64,000 nt of DNA from a virus: positions 296,644-360,643 of the IMG/VR virus record IMGVR_UViG_3300045988_174371; one strand, 5' to 3'. This document shows, in pieces, positions 38,237-48,536 of this stretch. The notes under the pieces were generated by a model that was not told the origin of the DNA, ran no database searches, and saw only the letters and a list, made by a program, of their open reading frames with translations. How positions within the stretch are numbered: the first letter of the stretch is position 1; each line of letters opens with the position of its first letter. The position numbers and the translations under genes were made by a program.

Positions 38237-39796
38237 TTAGTCCTCAGAGCCCAGGAACCCCTTGTCGGGTGCACTGAGATACTGGGCGGGAGTGGAATCC
38301 GTGAGAGAGCCAGCGAATCGCTCAAAATCACTCACGCCGCAGAACTCGAAGATGCGCTCCCTCACGGAGGTGAAGTTACACTCATCCGTCCAGTAAAGCT
38401 CAGTGAGACTCCATAGGTCGTAAATGTTCGATGCGCTCAAAATGGCTTCCTTCACCATATGGGTAAGCTCAGCGTCGCTGTAGGCGTTATGTTCATCCGA
38501 CGCAGAGCTTGACATACCGGCGGCTCGCAAGAAGTACAGGATGCCCACTGAATGACCAGCAAGTAGCAGGGGGTACGCAAGACCGCAGACACAGCCACTA
38601 TTGGCGTGAATATCGGGCGCAACACAGAACTTGTGTACCGTTGCGCCAACACTCAACAAACGCGCGCTGAGACGGTACGCGTCGTTGGCGGTCTGGCGGA
38701 TAATCTCACCCTGCTCAGCGGAGGTTAGAGATTCCCCTGGATGGTGCTTGAGGATGCGCGAAAGGGTGTAGGGGATACGGGCTTGGGTGTTGATGGTCAT
38801 TACCTTACCCTCTGCCTTACCCCACCATGCGGCAACCAAATCGTCTAGGCACATGCTGTGGTGAACATCTAGCGACATTGCGCCTACAAAGCTACTTGCA
38901 CTAATGGAGAGCTTGCCTCGAATGTCGAAAGTGCCAGAATTAAACACGGACTTGAAGATAGCTACCGACCCATCAACCTTAACCGAAGCGCCATTGCGGA
39001 CATATGCCGTATCAATGCTAGGCTTAGTGCCCTTCGCTTCCAGCTTGCCACCCTGCAAGTATAGGTGGTTGATTTTAGTATTCTCGCAAACGAGGGCATT
39101 GGGTAGCTCATGAGAAGACGCGCCCAGGTAGCAAAGCTTACTGTTACGCGCATCCAGCGTACTGAAATGCTCTAGTGTGTAGCTATTCCGCACGTCAGTG
39201 TTCTGGACAGTAATCTCCTGCTTGCCCATTGCGGGTGAGCTCTGGAATCCAGACCCGTTCAATCGAGAGTTCTTGAAGTGCCCGCTGTAGAGGTTAATGC
39301 CGTAGTCCATCTTTACAGTGGACGGGTCTACCACAGCGTTACCTGCAATGACGTTGCCACCAAGAAGATTGTGAGCCTTCTTCGCAGGGACGATAAGCAC
39401 ATCCTCCACACCATCAATGGGTGAAAAGGAATCCAACAGAGTAGGTACGTTTACCTGAACGTCCTCAATGAGAGTGGGGGCATCTTCTTGCAAGGTTCGC
39501 TCAACGCCTGCAACAATATCCCTCTCCCACTTGCGCAAAGGCTGGGTAGCATCGTTCAGGTGGTTATTCCAGCCGCGATACAGCACATACTGGAACTTGT
39601 TACCATGTTCGCGGATAAACTCATGCATATTAGAGGGGAAAGCGTTACGCACCTTAGCTGGGTGGGTTCGCCAAAGAAGCTCGCCGTCGGGGGATAGGCG
39701 GGGCGTAGGTAGTCGCGTATCGAGGTTTACGCCGTCGGTCTTGTAGAGTAGGTAGAAGCGCTCCTTGGGCTCCTGCCAAATGTTCTTGTGGGTCAT
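38237..39796 (-). CDS. family-B protein
   Basis: FCVAPDIHANSGCVCGLAYPLLLAGHSVGILYFLRAAG. N-terminal LLGGNVIAGNAVVDPSTV repeats. Confidence 0.8.
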   Translation of the reverse strand: MTHKNIWQEPKERFYLLYKTDGVNLDTRLPTPRLSPDGELLWRTHPAKVRNAFPSNMHEFIREHGNKFQYVLYRGWNNHLNDATQPLRKWERDIVAGVERTLQEDAPTLIEDVQVNVPTLLDSFSPIDGVEDVLIVPAKKAHNLLGGNVIAGNAVVDPSTVKMDYGINLYSGHFKNSRLNGSGFQSSPAMGKQEITVQNTDVRNSYTLEHFSTLDARNSKLCYLGASSHELPNALVCENTKINHLYLQGGKLEAKGTKPSIDTAYVRNGASVKVDGSVAIFKSVFNSGTFDIRGKLSISASSFVGAMSLDVHHSMCLDDLVAAWWGKAEGKVMTINTQARIPYTLSRILKHHPGESLTSAEQGEIIRQTANDAYRLSARLLSVGATVHKFCVAPDIHANSGCVCGLAYPLLLAGHSVGILYFLRAAGMSSSASDEHNAYSDAELTHMVKEAILSASNIYDLWSLTELYWTDECNFTSVRERIFEFCGVSDFERFAGSLTDSTPAQYLSAPDKGFLGSED

Positions 39797-39819
39797 GATT
39801 TACTTTCTCTTAGGGTGCG

Positions 39820-39865
39820 GGGTGGGGCGCTCCGCCGTATTGGTATCGGTCAGAGCGCCCCACCC
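39820..39865 (-). terminator. hairpin gggtggggcgctc/gagcgccccaccc
   Basis: 13-bp stem between the stop at 39883 and the start at 39796. Confidence 0.55.
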
Positions 39866-39882
39866 TCAACTATAGGTTGTGC

Positions 39883-41424
39883 TTAGCGGATGCCCAGAAG
39901 GTCAGCCGGGGCAACATGGTACTTGGAGGCAATGTGCTCGTTCCATGCTTCGTGGTCGTAGATGTCGTTTCGCTCCTGCCAGATGGTGTAGTGTGCGGCG
40001 CTTCCACCACGTGCAAGGCGGCTACCAAGCTCGGCGGTCTCATGGTTGAGAACCTGTTCCAGCTCAACCCAGCTCTTGCCCTTGTGCTCCTCTGGGATGT
40101 GGTTCTCCAGCCCGTTTGCCTTGAGGTAGTAGGTTACCGCAAGCGGGTTGCCGAACAGTAGCACGGGATAGTAGAGTGCGCAGAGGCAATTGTCTCGCTT
40201 GTGAACCTTCGGCAAGGCACAGAATCGCTCCATCTTAAAGCCGCCCTCAATCATCTTACTGCTGGTGATAAGGGTGCTGTCTGCGCTTTCCGTGAAGTCC
40301 ACATTCTCCACCTTACCGTGGTTCTTCCGTACTCGGTACTCGAACTTCGGCTTGAGCAGGAGAGGAAGCAGGTAGAAGCCGGTAAGGTCAGACATAGGGG
40401 TATGTGATTCTAGTGCTTTGAGGTCGAACCAGCCACCAAAGTTGCTGTCCTTAATGTGTGCATCACCGCTAATGGAGATGTCGCCGCCACTGAAGAATAC
40501 CTTGTCTAGTAGAACATTTCCACTGAGGTTTAGGTTGGCTCCCATGCGAACATGGACGTTGGTCAGCTCGCCGCCAGTAACAGAAATATTCGGAGAATCT
40601 GCCTTGCGGTGAACGCCAGTAAATTCACTGTGACTAACGGTGGTGTCGCGCAGGGTAAGGTTCAGTTCGCCAGTGGTGAAGACACCCTCGATGGTGCTGT
40701 CTTCTACTAGGGTGTTGCCAGTCAGTTCCGCCGTGTGGTAGATGCCGCTATTGCGAACGGTGGTGTCACCTGCAATGATGATGCGACTTTCGCCCTCGTG
40801 TGAAGAGTGAGTCAGCTTATGACCCTCAGTGGGCATATGCTCCTTGGTGATAAGACCACTTTCGACATTCGCGGAGCCAGAGATACGACACTCTGCATCT
40901 CGCATGTCCACATGGCGAGGGTCTACAGTTGCGTAGTCGAAAATGTGATTACCACCCAGAAGGTTCTCAGCACATTCCGGGAGTGCGTACACGCTATCGT
41001 ACTTGTAGAGCACGCTCTGCATCTCACCGAAGATGGTTGGGATGTTGAGCTCGGGGAACTGGATGAAAGTCTTCTTCGGCTGACTCTTATCCATCTCAAT
41101 CTTGCCAGTCTCGCGGTTGAAGACTCCTGAGGTGCTGTAAAGTACGGAGCTGTAAGGAACCTTCCTACTGCCGAAGGGGTCGTTCTCACCCCAATTGTTC
41201 GACTTCGGGTATTTGAAAGCACTGTACCACTTCTCCCAAAGAGCTCCGTTAAGGGGGACGCGCCACACGCTATCGAGGGTTCGCTGGTTTCGAGTGGTCT
41301 TCTTGGGGAGAGAGACGCTATTGGAGTCATGTACCCAGATGGGGACGGTGGTTGCAGGGGTGATGTATTCAGGGGTGTTGAGGTGCTTGAGAAGCACACT
41401 GACATTCTGTGGCTTGTCGGTCAT
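39883..41424 (-). CDS. family-B protein
   Basis: ATG at 41424 (MTDKPQNV) after GAAAGG and the promoter at 41461. FCALPKVHKRDNCLCALYYPVLLFGNPLAVTYYLKANG. Confidence 0.8.
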   Translation of the reverse strand: MTDKPQNVSVLLKHLNTPEYITPATTVPIWVHDSNSVSLPKKTTRNQRTLDSVWRVPLNGALWEKWYSAFKYPKSNNWGENDPFGSRKVPYSSVLYSTSGVFNRETGKIEMDKSQPKKTFIQFPELNIPTIFGEMQSVLYKYDSVYALPECAENLLGGNHIFDYATVDPRHVDMRDAECRISGSANVESGLITKEHMPTEGHKLTHSSHEGESRIIIAGDTTVRNSGIYHTAELTGNTLVEDSTIEGVFTTGELNLTLRDTTVSHSEFTGVHRKADSPNISVTGGELTNVHVRMGANLNLSGNVLLDKVFFSGGDISISGDAHIKDSNFGGWFDLKALESHTPMSDLTGFYLLPLLLKPKFEYRVRKNHGKVENVDFTESADSTLITSSKMIEGGFKMERFCALPKVHKRDNCLCALYYPVLLFGNPLAVTYYLKANGLENHIPEEHKGKSWVELEQVLNHETAELGSRLARGGSAAHYTIWQERNDIYDHEAWNEHIASKYHVAPADLLGIR

Positions 41425-41460
41425 GATGGTTGCCTTTCTATAGCTAAAATATCTACAAAA

Positions 41461-41471
41461 AGTGTACCACA
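41461..41471 (-). promoter_or_regulatory. extended -10 promoter TGTGGTACACT
   Basis: Consensus copy 37 nt upstream of the ATG at 41424. Confidence 0.55.
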
Positions 41472-41541
41472 TAATCTGTGGGTATTGCAATGCCCCGACA
41501 CGCGAAGGGAAAACGCTTGCCAGGGGCATTGCTTTCAGTGG

Positions 41542-42537
41542 TTATGGCGTGGGGTCTTGCCCGGTCAGTCTCCTGTAGTGAGCCAGCCAACTCTCAGGTA
41601 GTTGTCTAATATACTTCTCCCACGTCAGATGGTCTTCCGGCTTGAAGTCTTCCTTAACCATATGGAATACCTCAGATGAGCTAATGTATACCGGCTGTAT
41701 ATGCTGAGTGAACTCAAGAATGATGTTATTGACCCACTTCAAAGGCTCCCCCTCCCTCCGATATTCAGCATGGTAAACACCCCAGGGGTGAAGCTCCCTA
41801 TTCCGGGATGCCAACTCGTTGTACGGGGACTCAATGAGTGACCTCACCTTCCCTGCAAGCGCATTCTCTAGCATTGTCCAGCTGAGCGTGCTGAGCGGGT
41901 TGCGGACAGTCCCATCTAGTGCTGGATAGTCTGAATTGCGAATACCTGACTGAATAAGTCCCTCTACTCTGAAGAGGTAATGTAGGGCTACAGGATTACC
42001 TGTAAGCATTAGAGGGTACCAAAGGAGACAATGGCAGTGCGGGTTTACTTGCAGGTGGGTGGAAGCCTTGAGACACATGGTGGAGTCGCGCCAGGCAGGG
42101 TGCTTAATGAGCCCATAGGTAGCTACGGCAGTACGCAGTATTCCCGCGCTTGGAGACACGAAGCTACTGTCACTCACCGTGTCTGGGTATTCAGGATGCG
42201 GCATGATGTCATAGAAGGCGTAGCGCAGGGATTCGCAATCCCCAGCCTCAGTGTCAATAACGGCAGAAAGCGCCATAGGCGGCTCTAAGTCATTAGGTAC
42301 ATCAATTAGCACGCCTCCATCAAGTGAGACTTTCTGGAGGCGTATAGAGCCTCTTACGGTGGCGTTGCCACGCATCTTTAGACGGTAACTCCACGAGTTG
42401 CCAGCAATAACAGTATCATCACCAGCGTCTAGGTAGTGATGCTGTCCACCCAATATTTGCGCGTTCCCCTTGAGTGACTTGAGCCCAGACAGCTCAACTT
42501 TCTCACCAATAATAACGCCTGACGCTTCGCCCTGCAT
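41542..42537 (-). CDS. family-B protein (short repeat region)
   Basis: MCLKASTHLQVNPHCHCLLWYPLMLTGNPVALHYLFRVEG. GGAAGGAG RBS. Confidence 0.8.
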   Translation of the reverse strand: MQGEASGVIIGEKVELSGLKSLKGNAQILGGQHHYLDAGDDTVIAGNSWSYRLKMRGNATVRGSIRLQKVSLDGGVLIDVPNDLEPPMALSAVIDTEAGDCESLRYAFYDIMPHPEYPDTVSDSSFVSPSAGILRTAVATYGLIKHPAWRDSTMCLKASTHLQVNPHCHCLLWYPLMLTGNPVALHYLFRVEGLIQSGIRNSDYPALDGTVRNPLSTLSWTMLENALAGKVRSLIESPYNELASRNRELHPWGVYHAEYRREGEPLKWVNNIILEFTQHIQPVYISSSEVFHMVKEDFKPEDHLTWEKYIRQLPESWLAHYRRLTGQDPTP

Positions 42538-42552
42538 AGCTAAAACTCCTTC

Positions 42553-43269
42553 CTAATTGGGTGTGGCGATATTTAGGCACAAGTCAGTCTGACCAGTCAC
42601 CCGGCACCAATGGTTATACCAGATAGTGCGAGATAGCGGGACAGGGATATTGTCATCTCGCGGGATGTAGGACTTAATCTCGCTCTCCCACTTGCGGTAG
42701 TTCAGCTTCGCAAAGCCGCCACGATACTCAGGAAGATAGCTCTTGGCATCAGCATAGCCGTCAGTGAATACTTCAACGATTCGCTGACGCATACTCTCCT
42801 CCAGAACAGATAGGGATAGTATTGAGTATGGGTTTCGCGGCGACTTTTCCAGGTGAATAGTAGGCGCTTTACCTAGAGGCTGTAGAAGCCCCTCTGCGCG
42901 GAAGAAGTAGTGCATTGCAATAGGGTTCCCCATGAGGTACAGCGGATACCAGAGAAGGCAACGGCAGGTATGCATTGTCCCACGATGCTTCTCATAGTCC
43001 AGGCACCACGTGCCAGTCATGGCGGCAGAATCTTCCAACACCTGCATGGTTAGTTTAGCCATTGCAAACAAACTGTCCCGACGAAAAGATTTCCCGTCGT
43101 TAAAGAACTTCTTTGTCTTCAGATTCGGCTTCGTTTCGCGCATATTATAGACAAGACTAGCACCGCCCACATTAAGCATGAGTGGTGTTTCTCGTTCAGG
43201 AATGATGATGCGGGCTTCTTTCCCCAGCTTAGCGCTATTGATGGTCACGCTATCTGTACTATAGTTCAT
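42553..43269 (-). CDS. family-B protein (mainly the C-terminal domain)
   Basis: WCLDYEKHRGTMHTCRCLLWYPLYLMGNPIAMHYFFRAEG. AGGAGAG RBS. Confidence 0.8.
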   Translation of the reverse strand: MNYSTDSVTINSAKLGKEARIIIPERETPLMLNVGGASLVYNMRETKPNLKTKKFFNDGKSFRRDSLFAMAKLTMQVLEDSAAMTGTWCLDYEKHRGTMHTCRCLLWYPLYLMGNPIAMHYFFRAEGLLQPLGKAPTIHLEKSPRNPYSILSLSVLEESMRQRIVEVFTDGYADAKSYLPEYRGGFAKLNYRKWESEIKSYIPRDDNIPVPLSRTIWYNHWCRVTGQTDLCLNIATPN

Positions 43270-43298
43270 GATTCTCTCCTAAATAAGTAAGTAAAATC

Positions 43299-43309
43299 AG
43301 TGTACCACA
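43299..43309 (-). promoter_or_regulatory. extended -10 promoter TGTGGTACACT
   Basis: Consensus copy 30 nt upstream of the ATG at 43269. Confidence 0.55.
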
Positions 43310-43338
43310 CAAAATAGCTACTATGTAGTTCCAGTGCA

Positions 43339-44202
43339 TCACCTCCCCATGTACGGGGTTCCTAGAGCCCGCTCAAGGAAGCAATGCCAGTCGCTCAGCT
43401 GATACTCTTTGCTGGTCTCTTCCTTACTAAAAAGCTCTTCGATGCCGTGGCTAGAACAGTTTGCTTGAAGGATTTTGCGGGGTGCCAGCCAGTAGTCCTT
43501 GAGAATCTTGTCCAGTGATACGCGCATCAGTTTTTCAAGGCGGGTGGCGCTAAATGCGTAGTAGGGATTACGGAGGGTGCCTTCGGCATAGATGCTTCGA
43601 TGCGTATCACCGTGCGGCTTGAGTCTCCCCTCTGCGCGTAGGAAGTAAAATGTGGCGGCAGGGTCGCCTAGGAGGATAAGCGGGAGCCAGAGGGCGCAAC
43701 GACAGCGCGGCATATTCTGCGAGTGAACTTCACCGTTGAGACAGAAGCGAATATTGACATACTCGGGGTGCTTATCCATGAGGTTTGCGGCGAATGTAGC
43801 TACCGACTGGAATGTCTGATTGGTGATAGCCGTATCTTCGGTGATGAGTCGAGAGATGTCAGTCATGATGGGGGTGTTCCAGTAGCTATTGATGCTTACT
43901 GTCTCCGGCAGGGCGTTGAAGTCGTGGAGCTCAAATTTTCCGCCGTATTCGCCGCCAATGATATGGAAATTACCCTTCACGGTAGCGTTGCCGGTAAAGG
44001 TTGCAGTAAGGTCGGTTTCTCGGCAGGCGACATGGGCATTGTCAGATGCTCGCAGTATGTAGTGCGTTCCACCTTCAACGTATGCGTTATCGCGAACCTC
44101 GCAGGCGGTTAGTTCCGCGTCGTGGACACGGGCGTTGTCGCTGATGCGGTTCATGTCGCCATGAAGGACGCTGTTTCCGGTCACGTTATCGACATTTTTC
44201 AC
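43339..44202 (-). CDS. family-B protein
   Basis: GTG start after AGGAAG. FCLNGEVHSQNMPRCRCALWLPLILLGDPAATFYFLRAEG. N-terminal NA.V..... repeats. Confidence 0.8.
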   Translation of the reverse strand: MKNVDNVTGNSVLHGDMNRISDNARVHDAELTACEVRDNAYVEGGTHYILRASDNAHVACRETDLTATFTGNATVKGNFHIIGGEYGGKFELHDFNALPETVSINSYWNTPIMTDISRLITEDTAITNQTFQSVATFAANLMDKHPEYVNIRFCLNGEVHSQNMPRCRCALWLPLILLGDPAATFYFLRAEGRLKPHGDTHRSIYAEGTLRNPYYAFSATRLEKLMRVSLDKILKDYWLAPRKILQANCSSHGIEELFSKEETSKEYQLSDWHCFLERALGTPYMGR

Positions 44203-44250
44203 GGGTTTCTTCCTGAGTGTGAGTAGTGCATGATTTTCATTAAGATTTAG

Positions 44251-44318
44251 GGGTAAAACCGTACCAATTTAAGGGTTTTCACTTAGTGTTTTGCCTTAAA
44301 TTGGTACGGTTTTAGGGG
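44251..44318 (-). terminator. long (~22 bp) hairpin ggtaaaaccgtaccaatttaagg/ccttaaattggtacggttttagg
   Basis: Inverted repeat 13 nt after the MoxR stop (44331). Confidence 0.65.
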
Positions 44319-44330
44319 TGATGGTGGCGG

Positions 44331-45896
44331 CTACATTTCGTTGTTGCCTACCGCGAAGAGCGCGGGGTAGAGTCGGGCACTTAGAGCACCTGCAATGGTT
44401 AGCGGGTTGTGCTCCAAAGACTCAAGGTGGCTATCCAACTTTTCCTGCTGGCTACTAGTGGTAGGATGCAGGTTAATCGACTTAGGCAGACCCAGCTCTT
44501 CAGTAGAGAACGCCTTCAGTAGACCCTCGCTGTGGCTCTTGGAGAGCATCTTGTGAGGAACCATAACCATAGGGTCATCCACACCACCGCCCGTAATGTC
44601 GGTACGGTTAGTGATGCTGTTGATAAGGTACTCCAGGACTGCGTGTAGCGGCGCGCGGAACACGCGGTTGCAATACGGCGACTCTTCATCCACTAACTCC
44701 GAAATAAGGTTCGTCACATTGACGATACCTTCCAGCAGGCGCGCCTTAGCTTCCTCATCAGGGGCAGTATCGGACTTCTCTGGGAGGAAGTCATCAATAT
44801 AGGTGTTTAGGCGCTCTGCAAGGCGGGAGGCATTGTCCTGGTCGTTCTCTGCGGTAGTTCGAGAGACCTTCTCAGGGTTCTCGAAAATTTCCGTAAGCGA
44901 CATGGTTGCAATGGCAGAACCGCCGCCGGTAAGGGAGTCCGCATAGTTCTTGAGTGCGTCAGCAAAGGCGTTGTATCCGTCAAAGCCGATGGTCATCTGG
45001 GTAAAGTGAATCGCCAGGTCGTAGAACTTCTTCGGTTCTTCGGTGGGAAGCGAAGCAAGAAGGTCTGCGAGGTTTTCCCAGCTTCGCGGGGAGCGCCATG
45101 CGTAAGTTGCCGCGTCACGGCAGTTCTCATCCATGCTCTCTGCGAAGCGTTCAATGCGGGCATCACGGTTCATCTCATACAGGGTTCTGTCAGTGCGCTT
45201 GTCGAGATAGGTCGCAATCATCTCTCGGATGCGGCGCTCGTTATCAGTCATAGGCTTACCCCAGGCGACCTTGAAGCCTTCCAGCCAGTCACCAATCGGC
45301 TGGTGGACAGGAATCCAGGTGACGCGGTTCTGCGTGGGCGGCGCAATGGGAGTGGGGTTCACGGAACTAGCCATTGAGTTAGTTGCCAAGACGATAACCG
45401 TCTCAGTAGGGATGGGGGTGCCATCAGGGAAGCGGCGCTCGTTAAAGATGTACAGCATAGCCGCCTGAACGCTCTCGTTCGAGTTGCTGTATTCATCCAG
45501 CAGGAGAATGACCTTGCGGTGCTTGAGGATGCGTACCTGGAACGGTTCGTTGAGGTAGGTCGTAGACGGAACCTCGGTGAAGTTACCTTCTTCGTCAATG
45601 ATGGTGGTAGAGCCTACGGAAGGGATACCCCCGATGGATTCAGGGGAAAGCTGAGCGCCAACAAGCACTTCTACGCTGTGGTAACCCATTTCGTCCTTGA
45701 GGGCGTGGATGGATGCGGTCTTGCCGATGCCGGGGCTACCGATGAGTCCGATAGATTTGCCGGGCTTCAGCTCACCGTTTGCGCCCATATGGGGGAATGC
45801 GCCGTACTTCACTAGTTCCATTGCGGTACTCAGAGATACGGGGGTGACGTTAATTGCGCCGGTGGGCTTTTCGTCTGTCATTACTGCATTAGACAT
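44331..45896 (-). CDS. MoxR-type AAA+ ATPase
   Basis: Walker A GSPGIGKT, Walker B VILLLDEY. GAAGGAG RBS. Immediately downstream of a VWA gene. Confidence 0.9.
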   Translation of the reverse strand: MSNAVMTDEKPTGAINVTPVSLSTAMELVKYGAFPHMGANGELKPGKSIGLIGSPGIGKTASIHALKDEMGYHSVEVLVGAQLSPESIGGIPSVGSTTIIDEEGNFTEVPSTTYLNEPFQVRILKHRKVILLLDEYSNSNESVQAAMLYIFNERRFPDGTPIPTETVIVLATNSMASSVNPTPIAPPTQNRVTWIPVHQPIGDWLEGFKVAWGKPMTDNERRIREMIATYLDKRTDRTLYEMNRDARIERFAESMDENCRDAATYAWRSPRSWENLADLLASLPTEEPKKFYDLAIHFTQMTIGFDGYNAFADALKNYADSLTGGGSAIATMSLTEIFENPEKVSRTTAENDQDNASRLAERLNTYIDDFLPEKSDTAPDEEAKARLLEGIVNVTNLISELVDEESPYCNRVFRAPLHAVLEYLINSITNRTDITGGGVDDPMVMVPHKMLSKSHSEGLLKAFSTEELGLPKSINLHPTTSSQQEKLDSHLESLEHNPLTIAGALSARLYPALFAVGNNEM

Positions 45897-45935
45897 GGTG
45901 GTTAGTCTCCTTCTTAGGTGGTGTAGAGATGTTGC

Positions 45936-47723
45936 TTAGTGTGCAACTCGGATGATGGTTGGTTTGTAGTTTGCTGGTAGCGACTTGAAATATTCATGCA
46001 TATGCAGGATGTCCTTGTCGCTATGCTTGGAGGTTAGAACGATAGCCAGCCCGTAGTTATGCTTGCACTTAAGGGCGTTGGCTACGTTCTGCCAGTCGAT
46101 GTATCCGTCGGTAATGAGGATGCCCAGTGCGGCGGGAGGGTTCTTCTTCTCTCGGCTCGTCTCATACTCGTTGAGAGCGTTGATGAAAGGAGTCATGGCG
46201 GTACCGCCGCCACCCTTAAACACCACGTCAGATAGTTTCTTCACCGGCTGGAAATCGCCTAGAACAGTGTCAATAGCGCTAATGCGTAGGTCTGCTCGGT
46301 TCTTGAAACTATCAATAATGCGCTCAATATTACCTAGCACACGCCCACTATCTTCCCTGGTATGCATGGAGCCAGAGGTATCCACTCCAATGTACACGGT
46401 CGGCTTGACTGCATAACGAGTTGGAAGTAGCACTCGCTTATCTGGCAGGGCGGCGTTTAGTCGGTTGAACCTACGGAAGGTGCGGTGAGTACTGCCGGTG
46501 GTTCGGTGAGAAGACGCAATAGTGAGAACCTTCTTGAGCTGTGTAGACCATACGACATAGTTGCCTGCGTCAATCTTGAGCACCCAGTTAAGAATGTTGT
46601 CCAGGTGGGTGTTGCCGATAGACTTACGCATCTGCTCTGCACGTACTAGGGCGAGCATGTCGTTACGGCTTTCACGTTTGATAAGCTCGTCAGCCGCCTG
46701 GATACCCAGCGCGTCCATGAGGCTCTGAAGCATTTCAGCAGTAACAAACTGGTCGGTCATCTCGGTAAACTTCCCCTGCTGGGTATTGCTCTCGGGGGAA
46801 CCTGCTTCGCCGGGGGTGCCACCATTGCCGCCAGAAGCTCCCTTATCGCTGTCACTAGTGCTATTGCCCTGCTGGTCACCATTGCTGGGATTTGCGCCGC
46901 TATTGGAGCCGCTGGTGTCGCTATCAGAGTTACCACTGGAGGTATCGCTGGAGCCGGTATCCTCATTATTGGTATTAGAGGTGCCGTCACCTTCTTCACT
47001 GTTCTTATCGTCGCTACCGCCATCATTACTGAGGCTTGAGCGCTGAGAGGCACCATTATTCGATTTAACATCAGAGCTATTATCCCCCTGCGGTTCGCCG
47101 GTAGGCGAAGCAGACTCATTGCTCTGCGGCTTACTTTCAGCAGAGCCGCTACCTCCACCAGAGCCTTGCTGTCCTAGGGCTTCTGCGTCATCCCTAAGCG
47201 CGTTGTGGAACTCCTCTGCGATGCCGCTGGCGGGGAGGTTGTAGTCTGCGGGAACAAAGTCAATGCCGGGAGTGAGGCGGAAGCGACCGGAGATGCCACT
47301 GATGCGCTGGTTAATTTCAAGGTCGAATGCCAGGCGGGTAATCTCGTCATCTTTGTAGCCTCGGGTAGCAACGCGCTTATCCTGTAGGATGATGATTCGC
47401 AAAATTTCACGGAGCGCCACCTTGAGGGTTTCCGCGTTGCGATAGGTGTCTAGAGAGCCCTCAGGGAGGCTGATGCGCCAGTCCTTGTCGATGCTTGCCT
47501 GCTTGGAGTTGATGATTGCAGGGCGCACCTGTCGAATGATGGGTGCAAAGTATGGTGAGATGCTTGTCAGCTCGTCCGTGAGGTGAATGAACACGTCAAG
47601 CTCTTTAGGGGTGAGCTTACGTAGCATGATGGGCACTTTCTTAGGGCTATTTGCCGGTAGCCCAGTAATGCTGTTTACAGCGGGCGCGCCGGGCGGCGGT
47701 GCCATCTGAATAATAGGGAGCAT
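45936..47723 (-). CDS. VWA-domain protein with MIDAS motif, N-terminal DUF2201-like (putative metallopeptidase-like) region and an S/G/D/N-rich linker
   Basis: ATG at 47723 (MLPIIQMAPPPG) 8 nt after AAGGAGGGG. YIGVDTSGSMH (DxSxS). Linker of about 130 aa. Confidence 0.85.
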   Translation of the reverse strand: MLPIIQMAPPPGAPAVNSITGLPANSPKKVPIMLRKLTPKELDVFIHLTDELTSISPYFAPIIRQVRPAIINSKQASIDKDWRISLPEGSLDTYRNAETLKVALREILRIIILQDKRVATRGYKDDEITRLAFDLEINQRISGISGRFRLTPGIDFVPADYNLPASGIAEEFHNALRDDAEALGQQGSGGGSGSAESKPQSNESASPTGEPQGDNSSDVKSNNGASQRSSLSNDGGSDDKNSEEGDGTSNTNNEDTGSSDTSSGNSDSDTSGSNSGANPSNGDQQGNSTSDSDKGASGGNGGTPGEAGSPESNTQQGKFTEMTDQFVTAEMLQSLMDALGIQAADELIKRESRNDMLALVRAEQMRKSIGNTHLDNILNWVLKIDAGNYVVWSTQLKKVLTIASSHRTTGSTHRTFRRFNRLNAALPDKRVLLPTRYAVKPTVYIGVDTSGSMHTREDSGRVLGNIERIIDSFKNRADLRISAIDTVLGDFQPVKKLSDVVFKGGGGTAMTPFINALNEYETSREKKNPPAALGILITDGYIDWQNVANALKCKHNYGLAIVLTSKHSDKDILHMHEYFKSLPANYKPTIIRVAH

Positions 47724-47752
47724 ACAGCAACCCCTCCTTTCTTTCAAAGAAT

Positions 47753-47763
47753 AGTGTATCACA
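47753..47763 (-). promoter_or_regulatory. extended -10 promoter TGTGATACACT
   Basis: 30 nt upstream of the ATG at 47723. Confidence 0.55.
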
Positions 47764-47816
47764 TATATTGCAGGCTAACAAGAACCTGCAACATTTTCTC
47801 CACAATAAGAGAAAAC

Positions 47817-47865
47817 ACCTGAGGTGCATGTTGGTCATAGCCTTAACCAACATGCACCTCAGGTG
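47817..47865 (-). terminator. 19-bp hairpin cacctgaggtgcatgttgg/ccaacatgcacctcaggtg
   Basis: 15 nt after the stop at 47880. Confidence 0.65.
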
Positions 47866-47879
47866 TTGAGCGCTAATCG

Positions 47880-48143
47880 TTATTCGCCGCTGAAGCCACA
47901 GTCCGAAGAGCCAGAATCCGACGAAGAGTAAGAAGAAGAGGAGCAAGAATCGCTGTAGCTACTGCTCGAAGAATAGCTATCTGAACTGCTACTCGTAGAG
48001 TAGTCGTAACCGCTGTCTACGTCGCGTGCGTCGTCAAAAACAGTAGAGTTGCTAGTGCTTGACGAAGTGCCTACACCCGCCGATGCGCTCGAACGACGCA
48101 GGGATTCCTTCTTCTTTGCGCGAAGCTTGCCAAAAGAAAACAT
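47880..48143 (-). CDS. hypothetical Ser/Asp/Tyr-rich low-complexity protein
   Basis: ORF-track ORF. Basic N-terminus, then STSSSSDSYSSSSSYSDSCSSSSYSSSDSGSSDCGFSGE. Confidence 0.5.
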   Translation of the reverse strand: MFSFGKLRAKKKESLRRSSASAGVGTSSSTSNSTVFDDARDVDSGYDYSTSSSSDSYSSSSSYSDSCSSSSYSSSDSGSSDCGFSGE

Positions 48144-48165
48144 GTAAGGTCCTAACTAGGTATAC

Positions 48166-48528
48166 CTACGGTGAGGTAGTGTTCAAATCTTCGTACAGCA
48201 GAAACCCGCAATACCTAGAGTAGGTCACCCCAAGGCTACGGCTCTCCGTGTAGGGAATCGATTGAGATACCCGATGCCCAACACTCTTATATCTTACCTT
48301 CCCAGGCGCAGGGTAGGCAACCCAGCTCTCCTTCTTACTCCTAGAGTTCTTACGCATAATGTGCGCCACTGGCTTAGGTGGCTCTACTGACCTATTAACC
48401 ACTGTATAGATTTTCGGGTTGCCGGTAGTCATTAGCGCTGTGTTAGTTTCGTAGTTCGTGGCGACCGCCTGCCATTCAGACGCACCCATAACAATATGGT
48501 CTACATCCTCAGCTTTCATAGTACCCAT
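48166..48528 (-). CDS. hypothetical protein
   Basis: ORF-track ORF. Confidence 0.6.
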   Translation of the reverse strand: MGTMKAEDVDHIVMGASEWQAVATNYETNTALMTTGNPKIYTVVNRSVEPPKPVAHIMRKNSRSKKESWVAYPAPGKVRYKSVGHRVSQSIPYTESRSLGVTYSRYCGFLLYEDLNTTSP

Positions 48529-48536
48529 AACAGCCC

